A stretch of DNA of 64,000 bases, taken from NCBI RefSeq assembly GCF_001194135.2, contig NC_068984.1, positions 46,131,706 to 46,195,705 of the forward strand, given 5' to 3'. The notes below the pieces were generated by a model, which saw only the letters and a program-made list of their open reading frames with translations, was not told the DNA's origin and did not search any database. Position 1 is the first letter of the stretch. The number at the start of each line of letters is the position of its first letter. Made by a program: the position numbers and the translations under genes. This document shows positions 39,071 to 52,285 of the stretch, in pieces. The DNA comes from Octopus bimaculoides (taxonomy: Eukaryota).

Positions 39071-40067
39071 GCTGTTAAAGTGATATTGAATGAATGAATC
39101 ATTCTGTTTTCAATTTTCCTATTTCTGCGATGCTTTATTTGGAATATTAAACTAGCAACCTTTATCGTGTACCGTCACACTATTGTGACGTCATAGGTTC
39201 TGCTATTGCCGCGAGAAGGTAAACAAGTCATCCTTACTTCTGTGTCTTTTTTTTGGTACTCGTATTTTGCTTTATATTTTATTTTCCTTTGTCTGAGTTT
39301 CACAGACGTATTTCCAGGAGGGAAAATCATTATATTAAAGAGATAATTATATTAAAGATAATAACAATAAACAGAACGGAAAAAAAAAGAACATACTAAA
39401 GAGAGAATAAAGAGTGAAAGGAAAAAATAAAAAAGAGTGTAAAGGAAGGATTAATGATAGAAAGGGAGGGGAAGTACAAAGAACTTCAAAAACGAAAAGG
39501 AAGTGTGAGAAGCGGTGTGTGGTGAGTGTGTGTGTATGTGTGTATGTTTGTGTGTGTGTGTGTAAAATAAGGAAATAAACAAAATAAACAAAACCAAAGC
39601 AAAATCAAATGGAAATGATAGAGAAAATGAAGCACGTGTAAGGTGAGAAAGATTGGGAGAAATAACGAAAGAAATGAAAGAAATATAAGAATAAAGTATA
39701 AGGATGAGCCATTAACCTAAGGGAAGTAATGGAGCAAATGTAAGGGAAAGGAAAAATAGAAGGAAGAAAAAAACAAAACGAAAAGAACGCCGGAGTAAAT
39801 GTCATAGTTCTTTCATATCTCTATGGGAAAACAAAAGCATTGTTTTAAAGGTTTCCAATGATCCTATGACTGGTTCAATATATCTATGAAATCAAGAATT
39901 ATAACCAGCTGTAGAATGGATGGATATCACAAGGTCTTCGTTCGAAATGCCCCTGATTTTCGGTTTTCTCGCTTCAGGTATGGGGATAACAGAATTTCAA
40001 GGATTTCCTCCCGTCAAATTCCACTGACAGTATGTTGGGTACACTAACTACATGGTAGAAGACATTT

Positions 40068-40222
40068 GATAGGAGATTCCATAGTGATATGAACCCTGAT
40101 ATGATATGATATTCCATAGTGATATGAAACCTGATAGGATATTCCATAGTGATATGAACCCTGATAGGATATTCCATTGTGATATGAACCCTGATAGGAT
40201 ATTCCATAGTGATATGAACCCT
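40068..40222 (+). repeat. 30-bp minisatellite, 5 copies (GATAGGATATTCCATAGTGATATGAACCCT)
   Basis: Seen directly: near-identical adjacent units, with a 5-nt GATAT insertion at the first junction and no spacers. Confidence 0.95.
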
Positions 40223-40315
40223 GGAATAACGTAGTTACGAAGCAAGATTGTGAATCTTAAAACAAATATCTTATGCCTCTATTCTCAATAGAAATCTCAC
40301 CGTATTTACCTTTGC

Positions 40316-40395
<80 letters not shown>

Positions 40396-40404
40396 GACAG
40401 ACAG

Positions 40405-40488
<84 letters not shown>

Positions 40489-40489
40489 A
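40316..40489. repeat. (GA)n-based polypurine tract
   Basis: Seen directly in the sequence. Confidence 0.95.
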
Positions 40490-41420
40490 AATAGTGGAGT
40501 GGAAGATAACGTAATGTAATGATTTGAATGGAATTGTCTTAGTTTGATATGGTGAATGGATGGCAAGGACACCAAGTCAGAGCTCGGTTGAAGCAAGCAA
40601 AAAATAATCATACCCCACTTTCTGTGACAGTAACTCCTAATTATGAAAATAAGCTTACCCTTGTGTGAAATAGCAAACATATTTTATACGGCTAGGAGAT
40701 GTTTTCACATAGCATCATGGTAGCAGATTTAAAGGAAATTTCAAGTTTTGATCATATGCAGTCCCATGTCACTCCGATATTCCCACTAGGATACCAAGGA
40801 CGTGGGGTTTATTGCACACCCGCGTTATATTCTACAGCAAGTTTATAACTGAACCTATGCTTTAAGCATATATAAACATTTTACTGTATTGATTATAAGA
40901 TAACATTGTTTTCACCATGTTTGTACTGGCATTCTATAACAATGATCATTTGCCTTCTAAGTGGAAGACAAACGATCATTGGTTTCCTGGATTTGCATTC
41001 ACAGGAGAATAAATATTAATATTATCAAGAACAGTTTCAATACCCAAAAGGCTACTAAGAATACTATTACTATAAATAAATTATATATGAAAACACACTT
41101 AGCAACGTTTTCATTGACGTAAGTGAATTGGCTCCGATTGGGGAAGGAAATTACATTGTCACGTCTATTCATTAGAAACTGAACTTATGCTCCTGAAAAA
41201 AAGTTCCCCGAATTCTTTATAGTCAGTCAATATATTTGACATAACTCATCTTGTCTTCATAGTAAGTAGAACAAGAAAAATGTGGGATTCTGAACTTTAT
41301 GAATAAATAAATAATAATTGACGTCATAAGCATACAAAATGGTCTACCAGTTCTGGGAGAAGTATAGATATATTAAGGATGATAAAGCTATGTCCAAATC
41401 CAGAAACTATTCTACACACA

Positions 41421-41479
<59 letters not shown>

Positions 41480-41740
41480 ACATATATATCTGTACAATAG
41501 TGATCTATACCAGTTAAAGTAATAAATATCCTCTTAAACCGTTTCATACTCTTCTCAACTTAGTAATTATCTGGTGTTAATATATAGCAAATAAGTAAAA
41601 AGCAGAGGTACATAGATATAATCTTATGCATAAATACATACATGGGCACGCAGATACTTACATATACATAGATATATACATACAAACATACACACACATA
41701 TATTATATGTATGTACGTATGCCTATGTACATATAGTATA

Positions 41741-41814
<74 letters not shown>

Positions 41815-42534
41815 ATTTTATGTCTGTATGTATATCTGTGTTTGTGTCGACACATGTATACATGGGATTGCGTGTGCGTGAAGATATTTTTCTTTCTTCT
41901 TTCCTTCTTCCTAATGAATTAGCCAAGCGAGTATTTTCCTTGTCTGGACTATAGGTAACACTTCAACTCATAAATATGTATATGTGGTAATACATTCATT
42001 CACACACACTCATACACATACATCACAGTATATATATAGGTTTCATGAAAAGCTGAACTTTCTTTCTTTTTTTTTTTAAGTGGCTAACCGAAGTTTGCAG
42101 GAAATGTAATTGAAACTATCTGTATACATGGGTTCACATTGGTCAGTTCCAGCTGTAAAGAAATTGGCTGAGAAATACAGGTGGCACAGATGAATATACA
42201 AATATGTAAACATAGTTAACCAAGGATGTTGAGTGTGTAAGTGAGTGTGGTTGTAATTTTGCCTGTATATACACGTATATATATGTGTGTATACATGTGT
42301 GTTCATTTGTTTCTGTTTGTATATAGACATATGAATCCTCGCCATTGCTACTTGTCATCCGGTGTTTACACGTTTCTTAACTAAACAATCAAACACATAT
42401 TTAGCCTACTAAACATTGGTTTTCTAATTTTAAATGGTTACTGTTATTGTTAGTCTTAAAGTTTTCAATATTTTAACTTAGGATACGGTTTCAATATTAA
42501 TGTTTTCAATATTTCAATTGATGAAACGTTATCA

Positions 42535-43107
42535 CGCCGAGCGGAATGCTTAGCGGTATTTCATGTCTTTACATTCAGAGTTCAAATTCCGCCGTGGTCG
42601 ACTTTGCCTTTCATCCTTTCGGGGTTCGATAAATTAAGTACCATTTGCGTACTTAGGTCGACCTAATTGACTGCCCCCCCCCCCACNNNNNNNNNNNNNN
42701 NNNNNNNNNNNNNNNNNNNNNNNNNNNNNNNNNNNNNNNNNNNNNNNNNNNNNNNNNNNNNNNNNNNNNNNNNNNNNNNNNNNNNNNNNNNNATTCAGAG
42801 TTCAAATTCCGCCGTGGTCGACTTTGCCTTTCATCCTTTCGGGGTCGATAAATTAAGTACCAGTTACGCACTGGGGTCGATGTAATCGACTTAATCCGTT
42901 CGTCTGTTCTTGTTTGTTCCCTCTATGTTTAGCCACTTGTGGGCAATAACGAAATAGGTATTTCGTCTGTCTTTATGTTCTGAGTTCATTTTCCTTTCAT
43001 CATTTCGGGGTCGATAAATTAAGTACTAGTTGCGTACTGGGGTCGATGTAATCGACTGGCTCCTCTCCTTCAAAATTTCGGGCCTTGTGCCTAGAGTAGA
43101 AAAGAAT
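42535..43107 (+). mobile_element. Cluster of three family-A SINE pieces (42535-42686, 42793-42890, 42955-43107) spanning a gap
   Basis: Repeated GAGTTCAAATTCCGCC.TGGTCGACTTTGCCTTTCATCCTTTCGGGG core. The last piece ends CCTAGAGTAGAAAAGAATA. Confidence 0.85.
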
Positions 43108-43176
43108 ATTTCAACTTATGCTGACACAAAGCCAACGAAGACCAATTCAACTATAATCAAAGTATTCTAGAAATGA

Positions 43177-43505
43177 CTATTCTTTTATTATTTCACTTGC
43201 TAGAGCACCAGCTAAAAGGGTTTTAGTCGAAATCGACCCCAAGATTTATTCTTTGTCAGCCTATCACTTTATTCTATCCTTTCCTTTTGCCGAACCGCTA
43301 GTTTCCGGGCACTTAAACGCACCAACATAGGTTGTCAAGCGATGGTGGGGGTGACAAACACAGGCACAAAAACTACCAAATACACTCACAAAGCTTTGGT
43401 TGGTTCGAGGCTATAGTACAAGACACTAGCCCAAGGTGCCACGCAGTGGGACTGAACCTCGATCCATGTGGTTGGGAAGCGAGCTTCTTACCACACAGCC
43501 ACACC
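43177..43505 (-). mobile_element. Near full-length tRNA-derived SINE family B (OK-like)
   Basis: The reverse-complement head GGTGTGGCTGTGTGGTAAGAAGCTCGCTTCCCAACCACATGGATCGAGGTTCAGTCCCACTG is tRNA-like (A and B boxes). The body matches 47788-47960 and 48283-48485. Confidence 0.85.
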
Positions 43506-43904
43506 AACTTAAACCTACATTACGTGAAATATGCATCACTTATGAATACGGTAAAGTATGGTTTGAAGAAGAGGTAGCTTCCATTTCTAGCAGGTCGTGC
43601 AACTACTTAAAGGCGCCGCTATTTAGCTGGTTTGCTATTACAATTGGAGATCTTTTTTTTTCTCTCTCTCAATTGTTTACCGCTATCCTGTTAATTTTAC
43701 CAATAAATTTTTATCAACACTGATAACCAGCGAGAGAAAAATTAAAAGTAAATAAATTAGTTTTCTTAAAAATAAAGAAAAGAAAATTTATAATTTGATC
43801 TTAGCTCGCTTTAACTAACACTATTTTTTCATCATTTAATTTCTGATAAGAATAAGAAAAAAAAAACAAAAAAACAAGCAAAATCTTGCTAAACGTTGTC
43901 TAGT

Positions 43905-44226
43905 AACAGAATCATTGACGATGGTGATGATGTTGCAAATGATGATGAAGTTGATGTTGATGATGATGATGATGATGATGAAGGCGGGGAAGAAGGAGAA
44001 TGGTGATTATACTGTTTACCATGATAATGAAGATTTATTTTACTGAAGATTATAATTACGACGACAGTGGTGCTGATGATGATGATAATGATGATGATGA
44101 TGATGTTGATGAGGAGGAGGAGGAGGAGGATGCTCACGATGACGACAAAGCTATTACTGAGGAGGAAAACGAAGTCTTTGATGATGACAATATTGCTGAG
44201 ATTAATGCTACTGCTGAGGTGATGAC

Positions 44227-44271
<45 letters not shown>

Positions 44272-44400
44272 AATGATGATGATGATGATGATTAGGATGA
44301 TGATAATGCTGATGATTAAGAGGAAGTTGATAATGATGGTGAGGATGACGTTAATGATCATCATTATGATGATGGCGATGATGGTTGTGGTGCTGCTGAA
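43905..44400. repeat. Compound (GAT)n/(GAG)n trinucleotide-rich tract
   Basis: Seen directly; it is the source of the spurious acidic and Met-rich ORFs. Confidence 0.9.
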
Positions 44401-45134
44401 TATTTCATTATTGCTGGTAGCGGCTTTACTGATGGATTATAGTTAAGAATTGCAGCAGGGGCGTTCTCAATGATATTATACCTTGATACTGATAATGACA
44501 ATAGGGATTAACGAAATAGCGCTCTGACAAAACGTTCCACATCGGAAACGCCATTTTGAAATATCTCAACAACAGTGATAGATTCCTATCTGCGTATATC
44601 GTTCCTGTTTGCTTTTGTTGCTTAGATGTTGGGCAACGCAAATCAAAGTACCATACAATCAATGCATGCTGACCCTTTCTCTTTTTCAGGCATAAAAGAC
44701 TTAGACCCTCATTATCTATTGCATAGTACCACATTTTCGCTTGTTAAGGGGGTACGATTTGTACATACATACAAACTCTCGAAGACATACACACACATGT
44801 ATATATATTTATACCCCTATATACATGAATGTACAAACGTACATATGTACATATATTCATATATGTATGTATGTATGTATGTATGTGTGAATAGATAAGC
44901 TTTGTTTATTTCCTGCAAGAATGAAAACTTCGTTGAGGTGACTACAACCGGAAGACTAAACTACGTTGCAACTTAACGCACTGAACATCAGCTAGTAATG
45001 TAACAATTATAGCCAATACCCTATCTGTTCCATTCCTTATTTTGGAATATAAATGCGTGTGTGTGTGTATATAAATGTGTGTGTGTGAATACAGAAATAA
45101 ACACACACATATATATGCACACTTTCATAAAAGC

Positions 45135-45186
<52 letters not shown>

Positions 45187-45394
45187 GATAAAATAAGACA
45201 AAAACGCCAAGGGTGTGTGGAGTTTACAGGACATTTATAAAAAGAAAGTCTTAAAGCTACCTTTAATNNNNNNNNNNNNNNNNNNNNNNNNNNNNNNNNN
45301 NNNNNNNNNNNNNNNNNNNNNNNNNNNNNNNNNNNNNNNNNNNNNNNNNNNNNNNNNNNNNNNNNNNNNNNNNNNNNNNNNNNNNNNNNNNNNN

Positions 45395-45426
<32 letters not shown>

Positions 45427-46361
45427 GCTACACGTATTCTATACTGACAGAAACAGCTGTTACAGCAACTCTACTCTGATTATTATCCCTCGTTCTTTCC
45501 ATCACTCCTTTTAATATTTATTGCCTCAATAAAATAGGAATGCTATATACTGCATAAGTTAAATTTCTTATACTCATTCCTATTTATGAATATTTCTACT
45601 GTTTTAACCATTCTGCCAATATCCACGTTCACTTCGATCACCGCTATTACTAATAGACTTTTTTTTTCTTTAGACATATTCTGGTCAACTCCATGGCATG
45701 CATCTATAAAGCGTTGTGCATCTGCACAAAGATGCACATATGAATGCATATATATTTACATACATACATATTTATGTACATATACAGACCTATATGCATA
45801 TATATACATATCGAGAGAGAGAGAGAGAAATAAGTATATACATGTATATATATTATCTATATCAAAATACATGTACAAATACATTGACGTATTTCGAACC
45901 GAGCCTTTATAAATGTGCATATGAATATAGACATGTGTACATACTTTCATACATGGATGTTTATTTCGTGTACATTAAGGAAAGGATATTTTGAAAAGTG
46001 GCCTGAACGATGAAGCTGGTTTATAAGCAAGATAGCTGTAGGGAGAGATTTTACATCGTCTACAACTCCTGAAAAGGTTATGGATTTTCTAATTGATCAA
46101 TATCTTGTACATGTACTGTCTGTCAGTATGCAGAAATTCTGCATGCATCTATTTGTTTGGTGTAAGATGTGTTGACATAGGCAGGATTGTATATATAATT
46201 ATATAAATAAAATCCATCTACCACTCCTTATATTGATATAAATCCGACGGATCAGGATTGGTCAAATCTGAGGGTTTACATGAGTGGAAAATGGATATCA
46301 GCAACGACTACAAACACCTAAAGCTTTTTGTAATTACGTCAAAGAAAATATGTCTTTATCT

Positions 46362-46403
<42 letters not shown>

Positions 46404-46759
46404 CACACACACACATCGGTGTGTGAGTGTGTGTGCGCGCGTATATATATGTGTATGTGCATTATATGCATATATGTGTATGTGTGTAGGTACCAACAGA
46501 GCATTCTCATCCCCTTGTTCTAAAAGTCCTTTTTTGCAAAGCGGTTGTCGACAATTTGTTAGACACTACACAGAAATCTGGATAGAAGCGTAACTATCTT
46601 ACTTCCTATAGTGAATGAACTGCATCCATATACTCTCCTAAATCTTCCCTATATAATATTTCGAAACGAAATCACCATTTTGTTGCATTACATACCCTAT
46701 GTCCATATATTTAGAAGATTTTTAAAGTTTACCACAGTATTCAGCCTCTAACACCGCCT

Positions 46760-46826
<67 letters not shown>

Positions 46827-47398
46827 CACGATTACCACCACCACTACAACTACTATTACTAATAATATCAGACTTCACATAAACACATGCAAATAGTGTT
46901 CCTACTAAAACTACCACCACTACTAGCAATAATTCTAACAATAACAACACCAATTCCATCAACTGGCAGGAGCTATAGCCTTACGTTATTATTTTGAGTA
47001 AATAATTTTGCAAGACTGAATCCCATTGCTGAAGATGGAAAATACCCTCCCCCCACCGCCGACTACTAAACAAATCAAAACAAAAATATGCTAAAAAAGA
47101 AAAAAAAAAGAAAGAGGAAATCAATCAATAATAAATACAAAATAAAAATAGAATATAATAAAGTTACTTCAAATCCAAATGTGCCTAAAATCCGATATAT
47201 TATCTCCTTAATCGATTCGAACTTTCATCTTCAATTTTCAGAGAACATAATTATAAAGTAATTTCCACTTTCTTTTATTGCTCAGCTCTTTTGCATTTTA
47301 TATTTTTACCACTTTACACTTTCAAATTTCATTAATATTTTCGGAGGAAATTTATTATTATTATTATTATTTTTTTAAAATTTTTTTTTTTATTATTC

Positions 47399-47441
<43 letters not shown>

Positions 47442-47787
47442 TAAGATTTTTATCATTATTGCTTTTATTATTACTATTTTGTCATTTGCGTTTTATTACT
47501 TTTTCCTTAAACAGACACACTCACACATACGTCTTCGTCTAGATATATATATTTTTTTAATGTTGTCTGAATCTTACCCTTTTTCCTTGTTTTGTTTTCG
47601 TCTCTCTATCGATCTACCTATCCATTGCCATGCAGTCATCAGTCAAACTAGATATCTGTCCGTAAATTTAGTGAGATCTTATGTTGTCGGAATATGTGTA
47701 TGGTGACGTTTCGAGCAAAAACTCTTCTGTGAAGACGAAAAACGTTAAAAATTTCTAATAGTAACAAGTAAATAAATGTAAAGAATG

Positions 47788-47960
47788 GGCGAAGGCGTGG
47801 CTGTGTGGTAATAAGCTTGCTTCCCAACCACATGGTTCCGGGTTCAGTCTCACTGCGTGGCACTTTGGACACGTGTCTTGTACATTAGCCTCGGGCTGAC
47901 TAAAGCTTTGTGAGTGGATTTAGTAGATGAAAACTGGAAAAAGCGAGTCGTATATCTATA
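47788..47960 (+). mobile_element. tRNA-derived SINE family B (OK-like), 5' half
   Basis: GGCGTGGCTGTGTGGTAATAAGCTTGCTTCCCAACCACATGGTTCCGGGTTCAGTCTCACTGCGTGGCAC. Confidence 0.85.
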
Positions 47961-48205
47961 TATTGGATTTGGTTTGAAAGATTCTTTATGTGAGTTCGTG
48001 TGCTGAAGCACATTCTGTTGTGTCTGGGGAGAGTCATTCTCTTTTAGTGCCGCATAGTTTAACACACTCACCGGTAAAATTTCCACTTATTTCTTTTTCA
48101 GTTTTTTAATTAAAAATCTTTTTTATTTAAAAAGATATAAAAGAAATAAGTGAGTGTGTTAAATTATAAGGCACTAAAATAGAATGACTCGCCCCAGATA
48201 CAACA

Positions 48206-48249
<44 letters not shown>

Positions 48250-48282
48250 GTATATATATATATTTATTTATTTATATATATT

Positions 48283-48485
48283 GTTTCTGTATTTGTCCCC
48301 CGCCACCTTCGCTGGACAACCGATGGAGGTACATTTCTGTCCCCGTATCTTCGGTTCAGCAAAAAGACCGATAGAATAAGTACTAGGCTTACAAAGAATA
48401 AGTCTTGAGGTCGATTTGTTCGACTAAAGGCGGTATCCCAGAATGGCCGCAGCCAAATGACTGAAATAAGTGAAAGAATAAAGGA
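48283..48485 (+). mobile_element. tRNA-derived SINE family B (OK-like), 3' half
   Basis: TTTGTCCCCC..CTTCGCTGGACAACCGATG...GACCGATAGAATAAGTACTAGGCTTACAAAGAATAAGTC..GGTCGATTTG, tail GAAATAAGTGAAAGAATAAAGGAATAA. Confidence 0.8.
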
Positions 48486-48679
48486 ATAAAAAATAATGTG
48501 CAAAGGAAGATAATAGCAGAGCACGTGTGAGAAGAGGAAATCATTAAAAGTGCGAAAATAAACAGTAACATTGGTCGATAACTGACGAATGATTATGCAC
48601 TTTGTATTTGTCTCCCGTTTGTTTTTACATTCAGTATACAATGTCTTTTGTTTATATATATATATATATATATATATAC

Positions 48680-48785
48680 ACGACAGGCATCTTTTAGTTT
48701 CCGTCTAGCAAATCAACTCAAAAGGGTTTAGTCGGTCCGAGGCTATAGTAGAAGACAAGCTTCTTACCACACAATCACGCCTGCC
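48680..48785 (-). mobile_element. Internally deleted family-B SINE
   Basis: The reverse complement GGCGTGATTGTGTGGTAAGAAGCTT is fused directly to GTCTTCTACTATAGCCTCGG; the B-box region is missing. Confidence 0.75.
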
Positions 48786-49178
48786 ACTTTTGCAATAAAT
48801 ATTTAGAATAGGTTTTTCTTTGAAAAGTGACTTTGCTTGAAACATTAGTTTTGCAGGTTCTCCATAACATACGAACTTATTCCAGCTTCTGAACTTAACA
48901 CAATGGTATTTGTTGATGTAGGCGATCACATACTTAAGTACAAACACACATGTAAGCATATATACATCTGTGCTTTTGTATGCATGCTTCTATGCATGTT
49001 TGTTTTGTATGTGTGTATGCATGAGTACATATATTTACGTCTGCACTTATCTTAACGTTTTTCACTTTATTCTCTATAATTTTACTTTATAAGAGGGATC
49101 GATGGTTCTTGTAAAGTAGACAGCAATTTGTTGATATTTACATAAAATGGCGATCACAGCAATAGTTATATCTATATT

Positions 49179-49395
49179 AAGGCGACGAGCAGGCAGAATC
49201 GTTAGTAAGCCGAGGAAAACGCTTAGCACCATTTCATTCATCTGTACGTTCTGAGTTCAAATTCCGCCGAGGTCGACTTTTCTTTTCATCTTTTTGGGGT
49301 TCGATAAAATATGTACCAGTTACGTACAGGGGTCGATGTAAGCCACTAATCCCTTGGCCCGAAATTGCAGGCCTTGTGTCAAAATTTGAAACCAA
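49179..49395 (+). mobile_element. tRNA-derived SINE, family A
   Basis: TTAAGGCGACGAGCAGGCAGAATCGTTAG...GTTCTGAGTTCAAATTCCGCCGAGGTCGACTTT...GTACCAGTTACGTACAGGGGTCGATG. Confidence 0.85.
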
Positions 49396-50350
49396 TATTT
49401 ATCTTTATATCAATGCTCACAAAGAAAGCGCCAAATATATATTTTATCATTAAACACTTCGCTGAAATTTGTTTGTCTAATTTCTGTAAAGGATTAAGAT
49501 AATTTGGAACCACGTACCTCTATTACAAAGAATATAAAAGCTGTCTTTAAAGAAATTTGATATCAACTCAATTGTGTAGTCCAGACAACACCAATTATCC
49601 AGCTGTTGCTTACGTATTATTAGCATTGAAAAATTCTGTAAACGCATTGCCAACGCTGCAGCAAATTTCCTCTGTGACACATCTCCACTTGAATTATGTT
49701 TAACAAACAATGCAACAGGGTGACCATATTTCCTTCGCATTCTGGATCGTTGGTAATAAATGAATAACACCAGAGCTCATTATGTCGTACGGCACGACAG
49801 GATTTGTCACGAGAGGATCTAATCTTCTTTGGATTATCGATATGTCTGCAGTTGTTTCACTGTTTTACGGTTCTTGGTAAAATCTCTCGTAATATTTACG
49901 TAGAATTACCACCAAATTATTAACAGCTTGTACCAAAAAAGCAAATTACAGAAGAATTTTAAATCGAGATTTTATGTTATGTCCAACGTTTTCTGGATAA
50001 TGAAATAGGATGGTAGACAAAGTTTCTGTCGTTGGACTACAAATTACTTCCTTTTATATTTTGCAATCTACTTCAAAGGTTTTTTGCAATCTAATACAGC
50101 TCTTTCGTTCATGTATCACTTGGGATATAATTCTAACTCAAACAAGATGTAATACTATGGCAAATCCGGCGTATCGCCGTCTATTCCATTGTTTACAAGG
50201 TAACTAAAAATACTTTACATTTTGCAACCATGATCTAAAATAGTTTAAAACACGGAATCGAAGGTACAGGCAGGAAAATACGAATATATTAATACATACA
50301 CGCTCACATGCGTGTATGTATGCATGTATGTATGTATGTATGTATGTATG

Positions 50351-50387
<37 letters not shown>

Positions 50388-50784
50388 CAAATACATACAT
50401 ATATATGTGCGTGTATGTATAAGAACCTATCTATAAGCATGTATATGTATACATATGTACACACACACCTACACACTCTCCCCACACATATATAGCATAT
50501 ATANNNNNNNNNNATATAACACCTACGCGGAGACCTACCTACGCATGAATACGTTCCTAAATATTTGTATACATATACATAAACATTCCATAACACATTT
50601 ATTAAATCCATTTTGCTTAATGGAAGCCAACGACAGAAGCAGACATATAAACAAATATTCATATATCAATATGTCTGTACTACTACGTCTTATACGCAAA
50701 CACCCACGCACACAAACACACACAAACACACACACACACATATATATGGACATAAGGTACCTTATACATACATACATTCATACG

Positions 50785-50818
<34 letters not shown>

Positions 50819-51074
50819 TCAATTGTATGTGTGGTTTGTAATTCATTTGTACCTAAGTTTGTATCTATTGTAGAACAGTGCTATTGTACTAAAGAGTCTA
50901 AGCGTTACAAATTAGACTCTTGTCTCCGAAACCTAAATATAACCACATTTCTTTTTGAATTTAATTAAACTATAGTCTAAAAAGACAGAGAAAACCAATC
51001 GAATTTGTCTGCTCCACATTTTACTCACTAGCACCTCACCAACACACCGACACCCGTTCATATACACATATTTA

Positions 51075-51129
<55 letters not shown>

Positions 51130-52049
51130 TTGTGCGTGTTTATATATGTATATATATGTATGCGCATATATACATACATACACACACAGAAACACGTGTG
51201 CGTGTACACACACACACACGCACATTCTTTCAACAGTGAATATTTTTCATCACCTTTTTTGTGCAATCTCCATTTGATTATTCTTTTAAATGTTTCTATA
51301 TTTTTACATTTCTTCCTTTTTTCTTTCTTATTTTCTTTCTTCTTTTTCATCATCATATTTTTTTTCATCTTCATTCCTTCCGCCTTCTTAGCTTTCTATC
51401 CCCCACCTCTCTCCCTCCTTTTCTTCAAACCCTTTCTTTTATTCTGATTTTATTCATTCAACATTCATTTAATGCTTTCTCTCTTTGATCATTTTTGCAT
51501 TCATTTACTTCATTGTTTCTTCCTTTCCACTATCATTCCAGAATTGCTTACTTCCTTTCTAAACATTCTTATATTCTCATATTCTTATTATTAATCTTAT
51601 CTTATTTACAACTATTTTCTTTATTCTCCCTTTTTTTTTTTCTGATTTTCTTCTGCTTCGGTTCCTCTCTTTTTCATTTTACTCTCTTCATGCTACTCAC
51701 ATTTTTTAAACTTTTATTTCATTCCATATTTTCTTTCAAGTTTGAATTCTTCGATTATTTTATGTTTTCAACTCACTTTATTTTTATTTAGATTTTTATT
51801 AATATACTTAATTTTTAAATTTCAATAATTTAGTTCTTGTTTATTATTTACATTTTATCTGCGTGTATTGCTACAGTCATCACTCCGCATTATTTTTTTC
51901 ATTATTGTTGTTTGGATATCATTGTTGTCTCGTTTCTTTGTGCTAGTAGTAATAGTAGATGTCATATTCATACGATTAAATTGTTGATATCAGTGTTGAT
52001 GTTGTAGTTTCATTGTTGATAGGTTTTTCAGGCAATCCTGTCGTTTCCT

Positions 52050-52089
<40 letters not shown>

Positions 52090-52104
52090 GTTTCCTTGCA
52101 AGGA

Positions 52105-52285
52105 TCAAGTGAACACATTTTCTGATATATTTTTGTGTCCACACAGACATTTCACTGCCGTTTATTTTTTATCGACCAAAGAAAGAAAAATAATATAATC
52201 GACCTTAGATGGATTGGAACACGACATTGAGAAACTTAAAGACGGACGAAATTCCGCTAAACATTTTGCCCGGCGTGCTAACGTG
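52105..52285 (-). mobile_element. tRNA-derived SINE, family A, diverged
   Basis: Plus strand AAAGACGGACGAAATTCCGCTAAACATTTTGCCCGGCGTGCTAACG is the reverse complement of the family head. Confidence 0.7.

Noticed and set aside
39978-40029. LRR-like micro-frame YGDNRISRISSRQIPLT between a strong acceptor and GTATGT
   Set aside because: A 52-nt asymmetric phase is atypical for LRR exons, and this is a single weak motif.
40068-40222. CRISPR-like appearance of the 30-bp repeat
   Set aside because: The units are directly adjacent with no unique spacers, the context is eukaryotic, and there are no cas genes.
44000-44446. 148-aa acidic/Met-rich ORF
   Set aside because: It is built from (GAT)n/(GAG)n expansions, and the frame switches between poly-D/E and poly-M.
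47705-47732. Minus-strand GAAGAG-TTTTTG-CTC-GAAACGTC, hammerhead-like 3' half
   Set aside because: The CUGANGA core is absent (CACAGAAGA), so it is at most a dead Penelope-type remnant.
49500-49850. Several 45-80 codon stop-free Cys-containing frames on both strands
   Set aside because: No recognisable family, the frames overlap and conflict, and the lengths are within chance range.
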